DNA of 64,000 nucleotides. It comes from Amoebidium appalachense (lineage: Eukaryota; Protista; Ichthyosporea). The translations under genes and the position numbers were made by a program. Below the pieces are notes generated by a model. That model was given only the letters and a program-made list of their open reading frames with translations. It was not told the origin of the DNA and made no database searches. Positions 27,258-49,089 of the stretch are shown here, one piece after another; the first letter of the stretch is position 1; every line of letters begins with the position of its first letter. Location: the NCBI GenBank assembly GCA_963693365.1, contig CAVNZM010000015.1, positions 5,836,624 through 5,900,623 on the forward strand, written 5' to 3'.

Positions 27258-27342
<85 letters not shown>

Positions 27343-27597
27343 CCACCCATCCATCCGTTGTGCCCCCTTCTGCATGTTTCCTACATCCCCTTCTCGATCC
27401 AGGCCCCTTCTTTTTCTAACCTTTTCCTCCTTCTCTTCCTGCTTCCCTTTCTTCTTCTCTTATTCTTGCCCTTTCACCTTCTCCCCCCCCCCCCCCCCCC
27501 GGTTCCCGACCAGATAAAACAACCCCCCCCCCCCCACACACACACACACCCACACACATATACATACACATACACATACGCACACTCTATCTCCCTT

Positions 27598-27692
<95 letters not shown>

Positions 27693-28081
27693 CCTCTCTC
27701 TCTCCTCTCTCTTCTCCTTTCTCGTCTCGATCTCCCCCCCCCCCCCCCCACACACACACACACCTCTCTGTCTCTCTCCCTCGCTTCTCCCCCTCTCGCT
27801 CTCCTCCTCCTCCCCCCCCCCCCCCCAACTCTAAATCACATACACACACATACACGTAAGCTCAAACTTGTTGTTCCCGTGAAGTAATAGAATATTGTGT
27901 TAGTGATAGCTGTTTAAAATGAACGTGTATACATTAAGCTGTGTTTCCGCGACTCACCCACAAATATCATTTTCTAGAAGTACCAAAGAATCCGAAGTGA
28001 AAGTAGTGCCTCTAACATATTATATTCTCATCTATAGTTATTTTATGCAAATATTCGTTTCGTTAAAAGATTTTCTCTTTC

Positions 28082-28114
<33 letters not shown>

Positions 28115-28450
28115 GGGAAGGTATAGAGGGGGGGGGGGCGTGCGCCGTCAAGAGGCGCCGGATGATGAGACGGCGAATGCACCGGGGCGGGCGCGCGCGC
28201 ACCACCCGTAGAGAAAAGAGTAGAACGACATCGTCGATCGGCGGCCGACTTTATACCCATGTAGTAGTGATCACAGTCGTGCTTTGTAGGGCACGATTTT
28301 CTAATGCAGGGGTTTGCAGTGATCGCATAACCATATGATGGCTAATGACCACCATTGATAAATAATTTATGTCTGGCCTAATATCTATCACATAAGTAAT
28401 ACCCCGGTTCCACAAATCAAGGGGAAGAAATAGATAAAAAAGAGGAAGAA

Positions 28451-28510
<60 letters not shown>

Positions 28511-28513
28511 GCC

Positions 28514-37036
<8,523 letters not shown>

Positions 37037-37804
37037 GTTTGCTGTTGCATTTCAAGAAAACTTTAAAGCGAAAAACAAGGCAGGCATTCCGAACTCATTC
37101 TACATGCAATCGAGATGTATTCTGGATACTTTTGGGGTGGGATCTACTGCGCTAGATCCAGCCTGAATTCCATTGGGTGTCAATCTTAGATTCAATTCAG
37201 CCTCATATTGGTCGCGGCTCATGCTTTCATCTAGCCGTGTGATAAACAGCATTTCACTGCTGGGCTACTAGAACAAAAGACTACAAAAAGAAAGATTACT
37301 ATTGAAAAAAAAGAAAAATATAAATATCTAGCTTAATAAAAAAATACTTATGCACTGCATGCTTATCACATTTTTTTTTATTTTGGGAATTGGTTGGATA
37401 ATGTCACGCCGTATGTCTAGATTTATCGTTCTTTCTGTCTGTTTATTGTAAAGTATATATAGTTTTATTTGGAGATATTTCAATTAAATTAGTAAAATGA
37501 CGCTTCATTGTAAAAGTCACCGTGTGTTTAGAGTTCTTAATTAGTCGATCTGCATGATTTTTATAAAGCAAAAACGGGTGCTTAACTTAACCTACGTTTA
37601 CATCAATCTCATAATTACAGAGGTTTTATTTGTGGAAATTGTTGACATAAATATTTTTCTGGGTAAACACGTAGGATGGGTGTTCGATACCAACATAACC
37701 ATGTAGGCTTCATTTCGTGTTTTAGCAGTTAGCGGTTGGCTGCCCGCACACGGGCACCTATTAGCCAGTCAAAACATCAGATACCACAGATCACTAGACC
37801 GAGT

Positions 37805-37885
37805 TATGATTGGCTCGGATCAGATTTCACATATCACTAGATCGATTTTTGATTGGTTCAGATCGGTAGGCTTAGGTATATAAGC
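37805..37885 (+). promoter_or_regulatory. Predicted Pol II promoter in repeat A (two ATTGG boxes, TATATAA at 37877)
   Basis: GATTGG at ~37808 and 37851, TATA ~130 bp before gag ATG; retained in both A subtypes. Confidence 0.6.
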
Positions 37886-38010
37886 ACGACAGTTTTTAGC
37901 AGATCAGCAAGCTACAAACACATCTTCTGTGTTTAGCATCCACAGCCTTACAGCTATATATTCCTTTTCACTCCTTTTCATTCTCCCTATCTTTCCCTAC
38001 GCCGGTCAGC

Positions 38011-39182
38011 ATGCCGCCGAAAAAGCGCCAGGCCTCAGCCGCCGCCCCTGCCGCGGCACCTAAGCGCCTGACCCGCAGCGACCTCCGCCACAGGCTGACC
38101 AACGCTCCCGCGGACACTGACGCGCCTCCAGCGGCCCATACCACCACGGACCCGGACCCGCCGGCTACTCTCCCCTCCACCCCTGAAGTCCCCCCTCAGG
38201 CCCCGCCGTCCCCGCAGATGACTTCTCAAGACGCCGTCCTGGCCGCCCTCACCGCCATCAGCACCCAGATGGCTGGCGTCCTGGCTGCTCTCACCAACCG
38301 CGACCCTCCCGCGCCCCCCGCCGCGCCCTCCACACCCGGGGAGGTTTCCCCCGGGGCTGCATCTCGGCCCTGACCTTGACCTGCCTGCCCTGCCCGCGCC
38401 CCCCCATCACAGGTGAGAACACTGGCGACATTCAGCCGGGCACACTCCCGCTTCCCCCCGCGGATGTGCTGGCAGATTTGCGCGCCAATCGTTTCGTCGA
38501 CCTGTATAAGTTCACCCCCGCCGCCCTCCTGGCCCCATCCAAGAAAGGTCAGCATCTGCGCATGGCCGACGACGGCAGCATCGAGACTTTTCGCCAAGAC
38601 AAACCCGTTCCCCTGCGTTCACTCGTCATTTGGATCCAAGCTTGGACCCATTACATGGCCGCCAAGCACCACCTCGGCCTTCCCACGGACAAAGACGTAC
38701 TTTGGACTCAGCACATCACTCGCCTCAGCACCCGATACCCGTGGGCCCAGATCCACAACTATGACGTATACGCCCGCACCGTGGCCCACCAGCAGGGTCG
38801 GGCTCCGATCGAGTGCCCCAACCTGCTCGCCCAACTCCACCAGGATCTCCTCCTGCCACCCACCCTGCTCATCCAGGACGCATGTCAGCGCTGTGGCTTC
38901 CCCGACCACCCCAGCGCGGCCTGCCCCATGTACCCCAAGCCCGGCTGTGGTCTTGACGGCTTTAAGCCGCCCCACAAGCCCGGCGGGGGTCACACCCCTA
39001 ACCGCCCTGGCCCGCAACCCGGCCCGGCCAAACCGGCCCGACCCGTGGATCTACCCGCGACGCACTGCAGGAATTTCCACATTAACGGTCGGTCCTGCGC
39101 TAAGCAGCCCTGCCCCTTCTCCCACGTGTGCCCGCTCTGCTCTGGCACACACCCCCGCAAAGACTGCAAGCACAATGCCTAG
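38011..39182 (+). CDS. gag-like ORF1 of copy 3 (1-nt frameshift in a G/C run near 38355)
   Basis: Colinear with intact gag 50860-52029. Confidence 0.85.
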
Positions 39183-39690
39183 TCTACGCGCACACCCACA
39201 CACACAGCTAGAACATAGGGGTTCGGAGCTAGGACACACGAGTACAGGGAAACGGAGCTCGGGAGAACGGGCCAATAGGGCTGAGTACAAAATTTCGCAG
39301 GCCAACTACGGCGCCCGCGCGCGTCAAGAATAAATGTCCCTATACAAAGACGTTTATTCTGGCCACTGCACATAATTTTACCCCCCCCCCCCCCCATCCC
39401 ACGAGCCTCCCCCCCTTACACTCACCTAGCACTCCCTCCCCCCCCTTCTTCTACCGCTGTGTCCGCCCACACCCCCGCGTGCTCGGGCACATTCCCCTGC
39501 ACAGGGCCCCGCTGCCCTCCCTGCCAACCCTCACTTGGGCCAAGCTGCCCTACTCTAACCCCCCGGGGCCCTGCTGCCCCCCCCCCCCCCCCCCCCCCCC
39601 CAAACCCCCCCCCCCCCCCCCCCCCCCGCTGCCGGGATCTCCCCAAGGGTACACCACCCTTGCTAACCACCCCCTTCCCCCGAGGCTCAG

Positions 39691-41313
39691 ACCCGGAGGC
39701 CCGCCCGCTGCCCCAGCACCACATTGACACCTCCCGCCTCCGGGAACTGCTGGCCTCCTACCCGGACCAACCATTCGCCGCACAACTCCTCCACGATGTC
39801 GAATTCGGCGTCGACATCGGCTATCGCGGCCCCTCCACCTCTCGGGTGGGCCCCAACCTACCCACCACCCCGGAGGCAGCTGCCGCTATCACGGTGGATA
39901 TTGCCAAAGAAGTCGCCCTCGGCCACCTGCGCGGCCCCCTCTCCCCGGCCCAATTCTTTGACGAATTTCCCGTCCACCGTTCCTCCCCCATCGGCGCCGT
40001 TACCAAGAAAGGGAACCCCCCCAAGTACCGTCGAATCCACCACCTCTCCTGGCCCCGGGGTAGCAGTGTCAATGACAGCATCACCTACCCCGACGAACTT
40101 CAGTACATTCGCGCCCGGGATGTCACCCAACTCATTCTCGACGCAGGCCCCGGCTGCTACATGGCCGTGGCAGATGTGCAGGCTGCCTTCCGGCACATGC
40201 CCATCCGACCGGAAGACCACCACTTAATGGCATTCAAATGGCAAGGGCATTTTTACGTTGAAACCAGACTGCCCTTCGGCCTGAAATCTAGCCCAGCCAT
40301 CTGGGAACGGATCGCGGCCACCCTACAGTGGCTGGCACACCAGCACGGTATTACCCTCATCCGCCACTACGTAGACGACTGGATTATAGTCGCCCCCACA
40401 CAACAGCAGTGCCAACGTCACCTATCCACCTTTCTGCAACTCTGCCGAGAGCTGCACATTGCCATCTCCGAAGACAAGATGCAGGGCCCGGCTACCCGTG
40501 TCGTCTTCATCGGTATCGAATTCGACTCCATCGCCATGGAGGCACGAATCCCGGCTTCCAAGCTCTCGGACCTACTCGACCTCACTTCCCACCCAAAGCC
40601 CACCATCACCATTCGGGACCTCCAGTCCCTCCTCGGCAAACTCACCTGGTGTGCCCAGCTGGTTCCCCCCGGGAGGGCCTTCTCCCAGCGCCTATGGGCC
40701 CTTCTCCGGACCCACCCACACCTTGCCGGCCACCACCACATACGACTGACTGCTGCCGCCCGGGCCGACATAGCCGAATGGCACCAGTTCCTCACATCAT
40801 GGAATGGGGTGCACCTCATCACACCCCCCACATACACCACCCTGGCCACTGATGCTGCCGGATCGGTGGGTCTAGGTGGCCACTGGCTCGACCAATGGTT
40901 CTTCATGCCCTGGTCCCCCTCCACCCAAGCCCTCTATGCTCATGAGGGTAAACTCGGTTCTTCCGTCATCGAACTCCTGGCCATCGCAGCCGCCGTGGCC
41001 CTCTGGGCCCCCTCCTGGTCCACCCACCATGTCCGTATTTTATGCGACAACACGGGTGCTGTGTCTGACCTGCACTCCCGGTCTTCCCCCCACCCCGTGA
41101 TGGCCAAACTTATTCGGTTCATCACCCGCATGGAAATGCAATACCAATTTACGTTACAGGCATCCTACCTACCAGGACCCCTCAACCATCTGGCCGATGC
41201 CATTTCTCGTAACCAACTTCCCCGGGCCCGACGACTCCGACCTTCCCTGCAACCGGAGCCCTGCCCCTTCCCCCTCCTGGGTCCACGAGTTCCTATCCCT
41301 TCCCTTGGGCTAA
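39691..41313 (+). CDS. RT-RNase H of copy 3 (1-nt insertion in C run near 41270)
   Basis: YVDD and RNase H motifs; colinear with copy 2. Confidence 0.92.
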
Positions 41314-41365
41314 CCCCCCCCCCCCCCCCCCCCCAGATCTCCCGTTCCGGAGCAACACTGGCAGA

Positions 41366-42397
41366 TTGGGCCCCCACTTTGCTCCGGCCGAGCTGCTTCG
41401 AGCCACCACTACCCTGCAGGAATGCCAGGCCCTGAGTCTCAACCTCGACTCTCGGGCCTTTTACTCCCGGGTGCAAAAAGTGTTCATCGATTTCTGTGTG
41501 GCATCTCGGCTGCAATCCTCCTCCGGGTCCTCCCTCCCGGCCTCCCCACACACCGTGCAACTTTTTCTCGCCTGGTGTGCCCAACGAGGGGTACAGGCCT
41601 CTTCCTTAACCGGCTACAATTCGGCCATCACCAGGCTCCACCTCGACATGGGCCTCCCTGCTCCCTACCCCCACGACAAGTCTCTGGCCTGGTTCCTACG
41701 GGGGGTAGGCCGATGGCAGCTTTCTCACAACATCCGACCCCGCTCATCCACCAGGGAACCCCTCCTCCCCTCCCACCTCCACCTACTCCACGGCCAGTGC
41801 CCCACCAAGGCCTCCTCGGCCAATCTCCGGCTATGGACGGCCCTCATCGTCGGTTTCTGTGGTCTCCTCCGTTCAGGGGAATTTACCTCCAAGACCCTGA
41901 CTTCTTTCGACCCGTCCCGTCACGTTAAACGGAAGGACGTGACCTTCAGCTACACCCCCACCGGTACTTTGTCCCATGCCACCCTCCACCTGCCAACCTC
42001 TAAGACGGATGTACAGGCCCGAGGTGTCAACGTCACCCTAGCTGCCCTGCCCCTCACCCACTTCTCCCCAGCCCATCTCCTCCGGCAGTTCCTGGATACA
42101 ACGTCCGGTCAACCCGACGACCCCCTCTTCAGTCTCGGTGGCATCCCCTACACCAAGAGTGCTTTCTCTGCCGATTTCCGTGCCCTCCTCTCCCGGGCAG
42201 GCCTCTCACCCTCCCGGTTTGCCGGACACAGCCTCCGCATCGGGGGGGCCACAGCACTGGCTGAGGCCGGGGTCGACGACTCCCGGATCAAACAACTCGG
42301 CCGGTGGTCCTCCGACTGCTTCCTGATCTATACCCGACTTCGTCCGGCCTCCATTGCTGCCACCACCACACGTGTATTCGCCTCTATTCTTAAGTGA
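41366..42397 (+). CDS. Tyrosine recombinase of copy 3
   Basis: Intact 343-aa frame with catalytic motifs. Confidence 0.95.
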   Translation: MGPHFAPAELLRATTTLQECQALSLNLDSRAFYSRVQKVFIDFCVASRLQSSSGSSLPASPHTVQLFLAWCAQRGVQASSLTGYNSAITRLHLDMGLPAPYPHDKSLAWFLRGVGRWQLSHNIRPRSSTREPLLPSHLHLLHGQCPTKASSANLRLWTALIVGFCGLLRSGEFTSKTLTSFDPSRHVKRKDVTFSYTPTGTLSHATLHLPTSKTDVQARGVNVTLAALPLTHFSPAHLLRQFLDTTSGQPDDPLFSLGGIPYTKSAFSADFRALLSRAGLSPSRFAGHSLRIGGATALAEAGVDDSRIKQLGRWSSDCFLIYTRLRPASIAATTTRVFASILK

Positions 42398-43057
42398 AAC
42401 CTTTGGAGCAAGCATACTGCTCTCGTGCCGTGGTTTACAACCATTGCAAGTTCACTTTCGTCCAAGGGGATGTCCCCCTAGAGGCAACACACGTCCCGGA
42501 GTAGTTTTTCATGAGTTATTTAGATTATGGGTTTTGGTTTATTTTTAGACAAGAAAGGTTTTCCTGGTTATTGCTCCGCTCTTGAAGGCCAGTGCTTGTG
42601 TGGCATTGCGGCAATGCCAGTGGCGTCGGAAATATGATGTCAACTGACGTGATCGCCTCGAGTCGCGAGCACTGGCAACAGTACCGCCGTATAATGGCTG
42701 GAAAATATCCACAAAGAAAACCGTGGATAATTTTTCCATATTGTATTTTCCCAAGCATAGCTAAAGCAAATGTATAGTTTATTCGCTCCTTGACAGATTT
42801 TGCATGCATACATCACAGCACATAGAGCATGCGCAACCCAAGTGATTGGATGAGGGTCATGCAGACACATTTCAGCGAAGTCGATTGGTGCAAGTTAGAC
42901 GTTCAGCGGCGCGATGATTGGATTCGCGGACCGACGAGGAATTTGCAGCACGTGGTCGCTTTTACATATGCATTTCAAGCATGTTTAATGCTCTAACATA
43001 TTTTCGCTGTATATCCAACGCGTATCCTGTGCGTCTACGTGGCTCGCACAAGTAAAC

Positions 43058-44474
43058 ATGGGCAACCCCAAACGCAAACAGTCAAAGAGTCCCAAGAAAA
43101 CGAAAAGCCCAAAGAAAAAGGCGGGGGAAACCCGTTAAGGTAGAGGCGCCCAGGGCCGCCGGTTCGAGGGGGGGGCTGACGCCCTTGGGCGGCGGCGGCA
43201 AGAGGTTGCAGGGGGCCACCAAGCAGGCTGGTAGCGGAGCCAACACACGCAGCGAGGCAGAGAAGAGAGCTGCTGTTATCCTTGAGACGGTGACCAAGGA
43301 AACAGTCCCCGCGGCCTTGCGCGTACTGTCTGGCGCCAAAAAGGGTGGGTTTATTGTGTGAGCTTGCACGCATATAAGCCCCCGCATATCCCTCGACCGG
43401 TCAGTTTCACTTCTGCGTCCTTTCTCATTAAGCAAGCATTCTTTCACACAGCACTCACCATCACGTACTTTGTTAAAAAGATGTTCACACACAACCATGG
43501 GTTTATGTGAAAAAGCTTTACAGGCCCTCAGCGCCTTGCACGAAGCAGAAGCGAAAGGGGTGGGGGCAGTCTTGTTAACGAACTTTGCGTCGCCCATTCC
43601 CTTTGGTGACATCATGAAGTTTGTTCCTGCGCGCACTATACAGAAAAACGTCACTAGACATACAGTTAGGGCTGTTTCAGAAACATGGGGGCAACTAGTG
43701 AAAAAGCCGGTTAAGGAGGGATACGAAGTGTTGGATGGGGCAGTGGAAGATGTAGTTGGGCTGTCCCGGATGGATGCAATGGAAATCATGTCTTTCTACG
43801 AGAAAAACATTGTAGGGGAAGGTGGTTTTTATGTTGAGCATGCTGAAATAGACATAACTCAAACAACAGACGCACGCCTCTACGACCCAACAATCATTGC
43901 GGACCACACGGTAATTGGACAGGAACACTATGGGAAAAGAATGCCAGGAATCAACGAAGCTTTCTTGTATGCAATGCTTAACGCATCGGATAAAACACCC
44001 ACGGGAAAAATTCTCTTGTCGGTTTTTGCGGCCCACATAGAAGACGGAGCGCTGTCATCTTCCAGCATTCTTTTGGATGGTCTCAAAGTGTGGTTCGTAC
44101 ATGCTCCTTGGCAATACCCTCATATCATGGAACTTGTGAAAAACGAGTTCCCTGATTTAGATTGTACCAACCCCATCCAGCACAAGTGCTTTCTCCCCCT
44201 ATCACCCTTGTATCTAGTGTCAAAGGGACTTGCCCCAACCATAGTCGTTCAGCGCCCGGGCTGCCTAGTCCAAACCACACCATTAGCCCTGCACTATGGT
44301 TTCCAGTGCGGGCCGAACGTTGCGCTTGCGGTGAACACTGCCACACTTGGTTGGTTGGAAAAGCTGTCCTTGTATGATGTTTGCGAATGCCGATCACATT
44401 TCCTCCCAGACGTAGACAGAGTAGTGAAAGCATTTGCTACAGTTCGACGGCTAAACATCCCCATTGCAATCGGT

Positions 44475-44507
<33 letters not shown>

Positions 44508-46318
44508 CGTTTAAAAAAAAAATACTCTATCCCTTTTGTTTTTGTTTGGTGTGTTTCCCACATACTGTATGCGTGAAAACAGCACACTGACGTTTTTCTC
44601 TTGCCTCGTTTTCTGTATGTTGTTGTGTTGTGTGCACGTAGTTTTCTTTCCTTGGTTTTGCAAGTGCATGTGCGAAATAACCTTCTGGGTGTTACAGAAG
44701 CATGTTTCCAATGTTCTAGTAGATTGCCGAGATAAAAAACATAAGCTTAAGTATCTGTTGGATAACCGACTAATCAGTGTGTATATGCAACACATATTTT
44801 GTACACGTTCGTTGGCCAACAAACACATGTCTGTTGGATAGGTGTTACATATAGAATTGATACTTTGATTGATGCTTTATATCCATTGGATGCCCGACTA
44901 ATACCTATATGTATAGTGTGGATGTTTTGTGTATATGTTTTCCATATCCATTGACCAACCAACACATGCCTTTGCATATGCAAAATGCATATCTATCTCA
45001 TATAATGACCCTAAACTAGGTTTAAGGTAAACGGTATACACGTGGTGTTTCCCACACAATCTTCCTTCCAGTTTACTTCTTCACCCATGCTCACTCCCAC
45101 TTTTATCCACAGATACATCCAAGTCTCCTGCAAGCGGTGACAAACCAAAACGCCTCATGTCGTCTTGGGGAGCCGACGAGGACTTTCCTAAAGATGCCGA
45201 CGGCCAGTACCTTCTTCCGGATGACGACATCAGGTTGGCCTACTACCTTACGGTTGTCTGCACGCGCTACCCCACCACCACGATGAAGGACAAGCTGCGG
45301 ACTACCTACGCTGCAGGCAGGGATGAGATGCTGGCTGCGCTGCGCGGTGCCGGCCATTCCATGCCGGAAGGGAAATTCGTTGAGTTTGAAAACATCCCAC
45401 CGGAGGGCCCATCTGGTGATGAATCGGGCGATGCGGAGAATGAGCATGAGACTCCTAGTCCCCGCAAGAAGTCCAAAAGCAGCCGCAAGCGTACCCCCCC
45501 TTCGTCGGATAGCGAGGATGAGGATGATGACGACGACATCCCTGTGCTTGAGAAGTTGACCCCTGGCAAGACCCTTAAGTGGCTGGTAGGTACTCCTAAT
45601 ATGACGGGAAGAAATTGTTATTCTCTCATGTAAATATTCTTTCGATGGTTTTTGCAGACTCTCGCTTTTCCCTAAACGCATTACAGTTGCCCTTAATTGC
45701 CACCCATTGATTTTGTTACCCTTTTTTTTTTGTCTTTTTTTCCTTTTTCTTTTCTTTGTTTTTCCCTGGTACTATCAAACCATCACAAATTTCGAACTTG
45801 ACTAGGTTTTACTCCTGTTTTCGTTTGTATTTTAATGGCCAGTTTGTGTGACCTCAAACTAACCCCCCCCCCCTCCCCCCCCCCTTTCCAAAACACCCAC
45901 CCTCCCAAAAAAAAAAACACGCACGCACGCACACGCACGCACACACCCACATTATCCACTCTCCCATGTTTGCCACAGAATGACAACGTCAAGCAGTTCA
46001 CCAAGTCTCACCAGGTCTACCAGGTGATGCTGTTGGTCAACCCCACTGTCAACGAGTTGGACAATTGTAGTCTGGCCCTTGCTACCCTCGAGGCCATCAA
46101 GACTGTGATGCCGACTGCACATGATGTACTGAGCTCAAGGGGCAAGGAACACTGGACGAGCATGTTGGCCAGCGCGACCCGTGGTACAGACGCCAAGAAG
46201 GTCGTTACGGCCATCCGCACGGGGCTGACCACAGTCAGATCCATAGTTCACGGCAACATACGCAATGCCTTCGTCCACTACCCAGTGCCTGACACCAACT
46301 CATCGGTATTCCCCCCCC

Positions 46319-46349
<31 letters not shown>

Positions 46350-47346
46350 ACCGATTACCGTGTACCATTGATCACAGTGTCCACTATAACATATAGCCAT
46401 ACACCGGCCGAACCAGTTCGCGTATAGCTACTTGGGACGCCTAAGGCAGGGACTAAGTCCGCTAGTGTGTATTTTTACATTCTAGACCAACGCTTAGCTA
46501 ATGAACGAGTGGTGATGCGCTCCTTAGGTCACCGTTCATTTTGGTGTAACTAACGTTGGCAGAGCACCCTTGTAAGCTCACTGGTTCTATTCACACTGCC
46601 TGTACACGGTTTATACATTTACCTAACTATAAATACATGGTATACAAGCCCGAGTATTATTATTATTATTAAACTACCACTCCACGTCATCTACTTCCCC
46701 ATCTACAACATACACACGCGCGCACACACACAACCCCCCCCCCCCCCCCCCCTCTCCCAGACACACTCAAACATAACACACACCCCATCACCTCCAAAAA
46801 ATTTAAAAATCAAAAAAAGAGAACATTTACGATCACTTCCACATCCACACCATAATGATTATGCAAATATGGTTTACACATGCACAGAAAGTACTAAACC
46901 GTTGGTCTGCGGTAGTCGTTTAATGGGTATCCGTTGGATATCCTTTCACATACATGTTCATTGGATAATACATATCTATTGCATGTCGTGTACACCCCTA
47001 TCGAGATAACAAACGTATGCTTACCTATCTGTTGGACAACCGATGGATACGTGTTTAATATGTTTAGCATTTGTTCGTACACGTCTTGGGAGGATTTCAA
47101 CGACACCCTGATTTTTGTTGTTTGCAGATCATGGAGTATGCCACTTCCCGTAACGACCGGGAGGCCAAGTGGGTGGAGCTGATCGACGAGGTTGTGGTGA
47201 TGGGGTATCCATGTGGCCGCAAGTATTCAGCTGACCCAGACACCTTCCATCCATTCGGATGGCGTGGGTTCAACCGTGTGTTCGAGAGCATCACGCTCAC
47301 GGGGATCAAGACCCGCATCAGCTCTCTGACTCCCATGGTATGCCAG

Positions 47347-47384
<38 letters not shown>

Positions 47385-47646
47385 TGCTACTAGTACTGTG
47401 TACTGCTATTAGGCGACTTTTTTTCCCGCCTCTCTCTGTCTCCCCCCCTCTTGTCGCTGCCTATGTCTCTCTCTCTTATCTGTCTATCTTATTTTCCTTT
47501 CCTCTTCCCTTCACTTGACCCCCCCCCCCCCCCCCTCCTCCTCTGTTCTTCCCGATCGCTTGCCTCATCATGAGACACTATTTGACACTAACTCCCCCCC
47601 CCCCCCCCCCCTCCCCACACACATGCACACACACACACATACTACT

Positions 47647-47682
<36 letters not shown>

Positions 47683-48853
47683 CAACACACACAAACACAC
47701 ACCGGCACAAACGCTGCCATCACACACACAACAGGACATTGCTGAGAAATACCCCAAGTTTTTTAGCATGGTCGTTTTCTGCCTGGAGTCGTTGCTGAAG
47801 GACCCCAACGCTCACAAGTGCCTGTCTACCCCCATCCAATGGGCCCACGTCAACTATAATGTCGGTGGTGACTACAACGGGGGCGCCAGGCTGTCCACCA
47901 TCAAGCAGGTGTGTGTGCTGTGTAATCCTTTATTTTAGTGGTTGTTTTATGCTTTATTGGCACTTATCTTCTTGTAAACTTTTGAACAGTACTTGCCAAG
48001 TGGAATGGTTTACTTTTTGTGTCCTAGGTGTCAGCAAACAGTTTGTATTCAACATTTACTGTTTTAGATCCTGCTTAGGGAACTGTCGCCTGCTTCACCC
48101 CGGCCGTATACACATTGTTAGATGGATGTTCAGTTGATCCTTCTTACATAGCTGTTGGACTTGAAACATATTGGGTACTAACATTTACCCCCCCCCCCCC
48201 CCCCCCCCACCCACCGCCCCCTCCTCCCTCCGCCCCATTTCTATAACCTTTTATCATTCATGCTTGCACATACCCCCCATATACAGTACATCAAGAACTG
48301 GGAGAAGGTCAAGATCAGGCTCAAGGCTGACCAGTACCAGGCCAAGAAGTTGGCCGAGAGGGCTGCAAGCGCCAAGGCCAAGGTGGCCTTAGAGGTGGGC
48401 AAGGGGGGCAACGCCAACAAGGATGACAGCCCAGGCGAGCAAGAACTGCAGCCCCCCGTCTCCCCCTTGCAGCCGGGGTCTGACAACGACGGCGGCCGTG
48501 ATGAGGATGCGGTTGAGGCTGACGGCAGCGGTGGCCAGGTCAGCGGAGATGGCAGCAACAGCGAGCCCGAGGATGAGACTAGCGAGCGTGAGCAAGTGAA
48601 GAACGCTGATGTCAGCGAGGAAGAGGGGGACAGGGACGGCGACGCCAGCGAGCGTGATGGGGCCGAGGGCAGCGAGGCCGAGGGCAGCGAGGATGAGGGC
48701 AGCAAGAAGAGGGTGCGCAATGAGGAGGAGGATGAGGAACGCGCCACCAAAAAAAGCAAGGAAGATTACCCCCCCCCCCCCCCCCAAACAATTATCTTTG
48801 ATTGTGCCCAGTGTGTTCAAGTTGATCTTGTGTTTTTTTCTTTTCTTTATTAA
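43058..48853 (+). CDS. Multi-exon protein with KDM4/JMJD2-like JmjC domain, carried inside the Plavaka element
   Basis: PGINEAFLY..VFAAHIED..GLKVWF..CTNPIQHK..LSPLYL..VQRPGCLVQTTPLALHYGFQCGPNVALAVN..W..VCEC. Phase-compatible exons ~43452-44472, 45113-45585, 45979-46305, 47128-47337, 47735-47908, 48287-~48760/48853; basic first exon from ATG 43058 needs a 1-nt correction in the G run at ~43125. Confidence 0.85.
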
Positions 48854-49089
48854 TACGTCTTATAGTAGTAACAAAAAAACATGTGTAGTTTGTAAGCAAG
48901 AAGGTCACTGGACCCTGTAATAGTTCATAATCAAAAGTAAGTGTTGGATTGTGTGTCATATGCTCCTGGTGAGCATGACTTAGATAAAACTGGTCATGCT
49001 CCTGTGGGGCATGACGTGTACATAAAGACTTGTGCTGCCGTCGTTGAGCAAGTGCCAGATCCCAACGGGGGGGGGGGGGGGGGGGGGGG

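Larger units (their letters stand above)
37622..42512 (+). mobile_element. Ngaro copy 3, alpha, structure A-gag-RT/RH-YR-B only; inserted between the two genes of the Plavaka element
   Basis: A at 37622-37971, all ORFs, single B ending TTTTTCAT at 42512 followed by unrelated sequence. Confidence 0.93.

Noticed and set aside
38340-41280. Programmed frameshifting in copy 3
   Set aside because: Shifts are in homopolymers and absent in other copies; mutation or sequencing error is more likely
43082-43789. 235-aa minus-strand ORF
   Set aside because: Antisense shadow of the JmjC gene with no recognisable motifs
45008-45030. Telomeric repeat
   Set aside because: Single CCCTAAA only
48875-48920. 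CCHC knuckle (CVVCKQEGH) as last JmjC-gene exon
   Set aside because: Final Cys missing and no clear splice path
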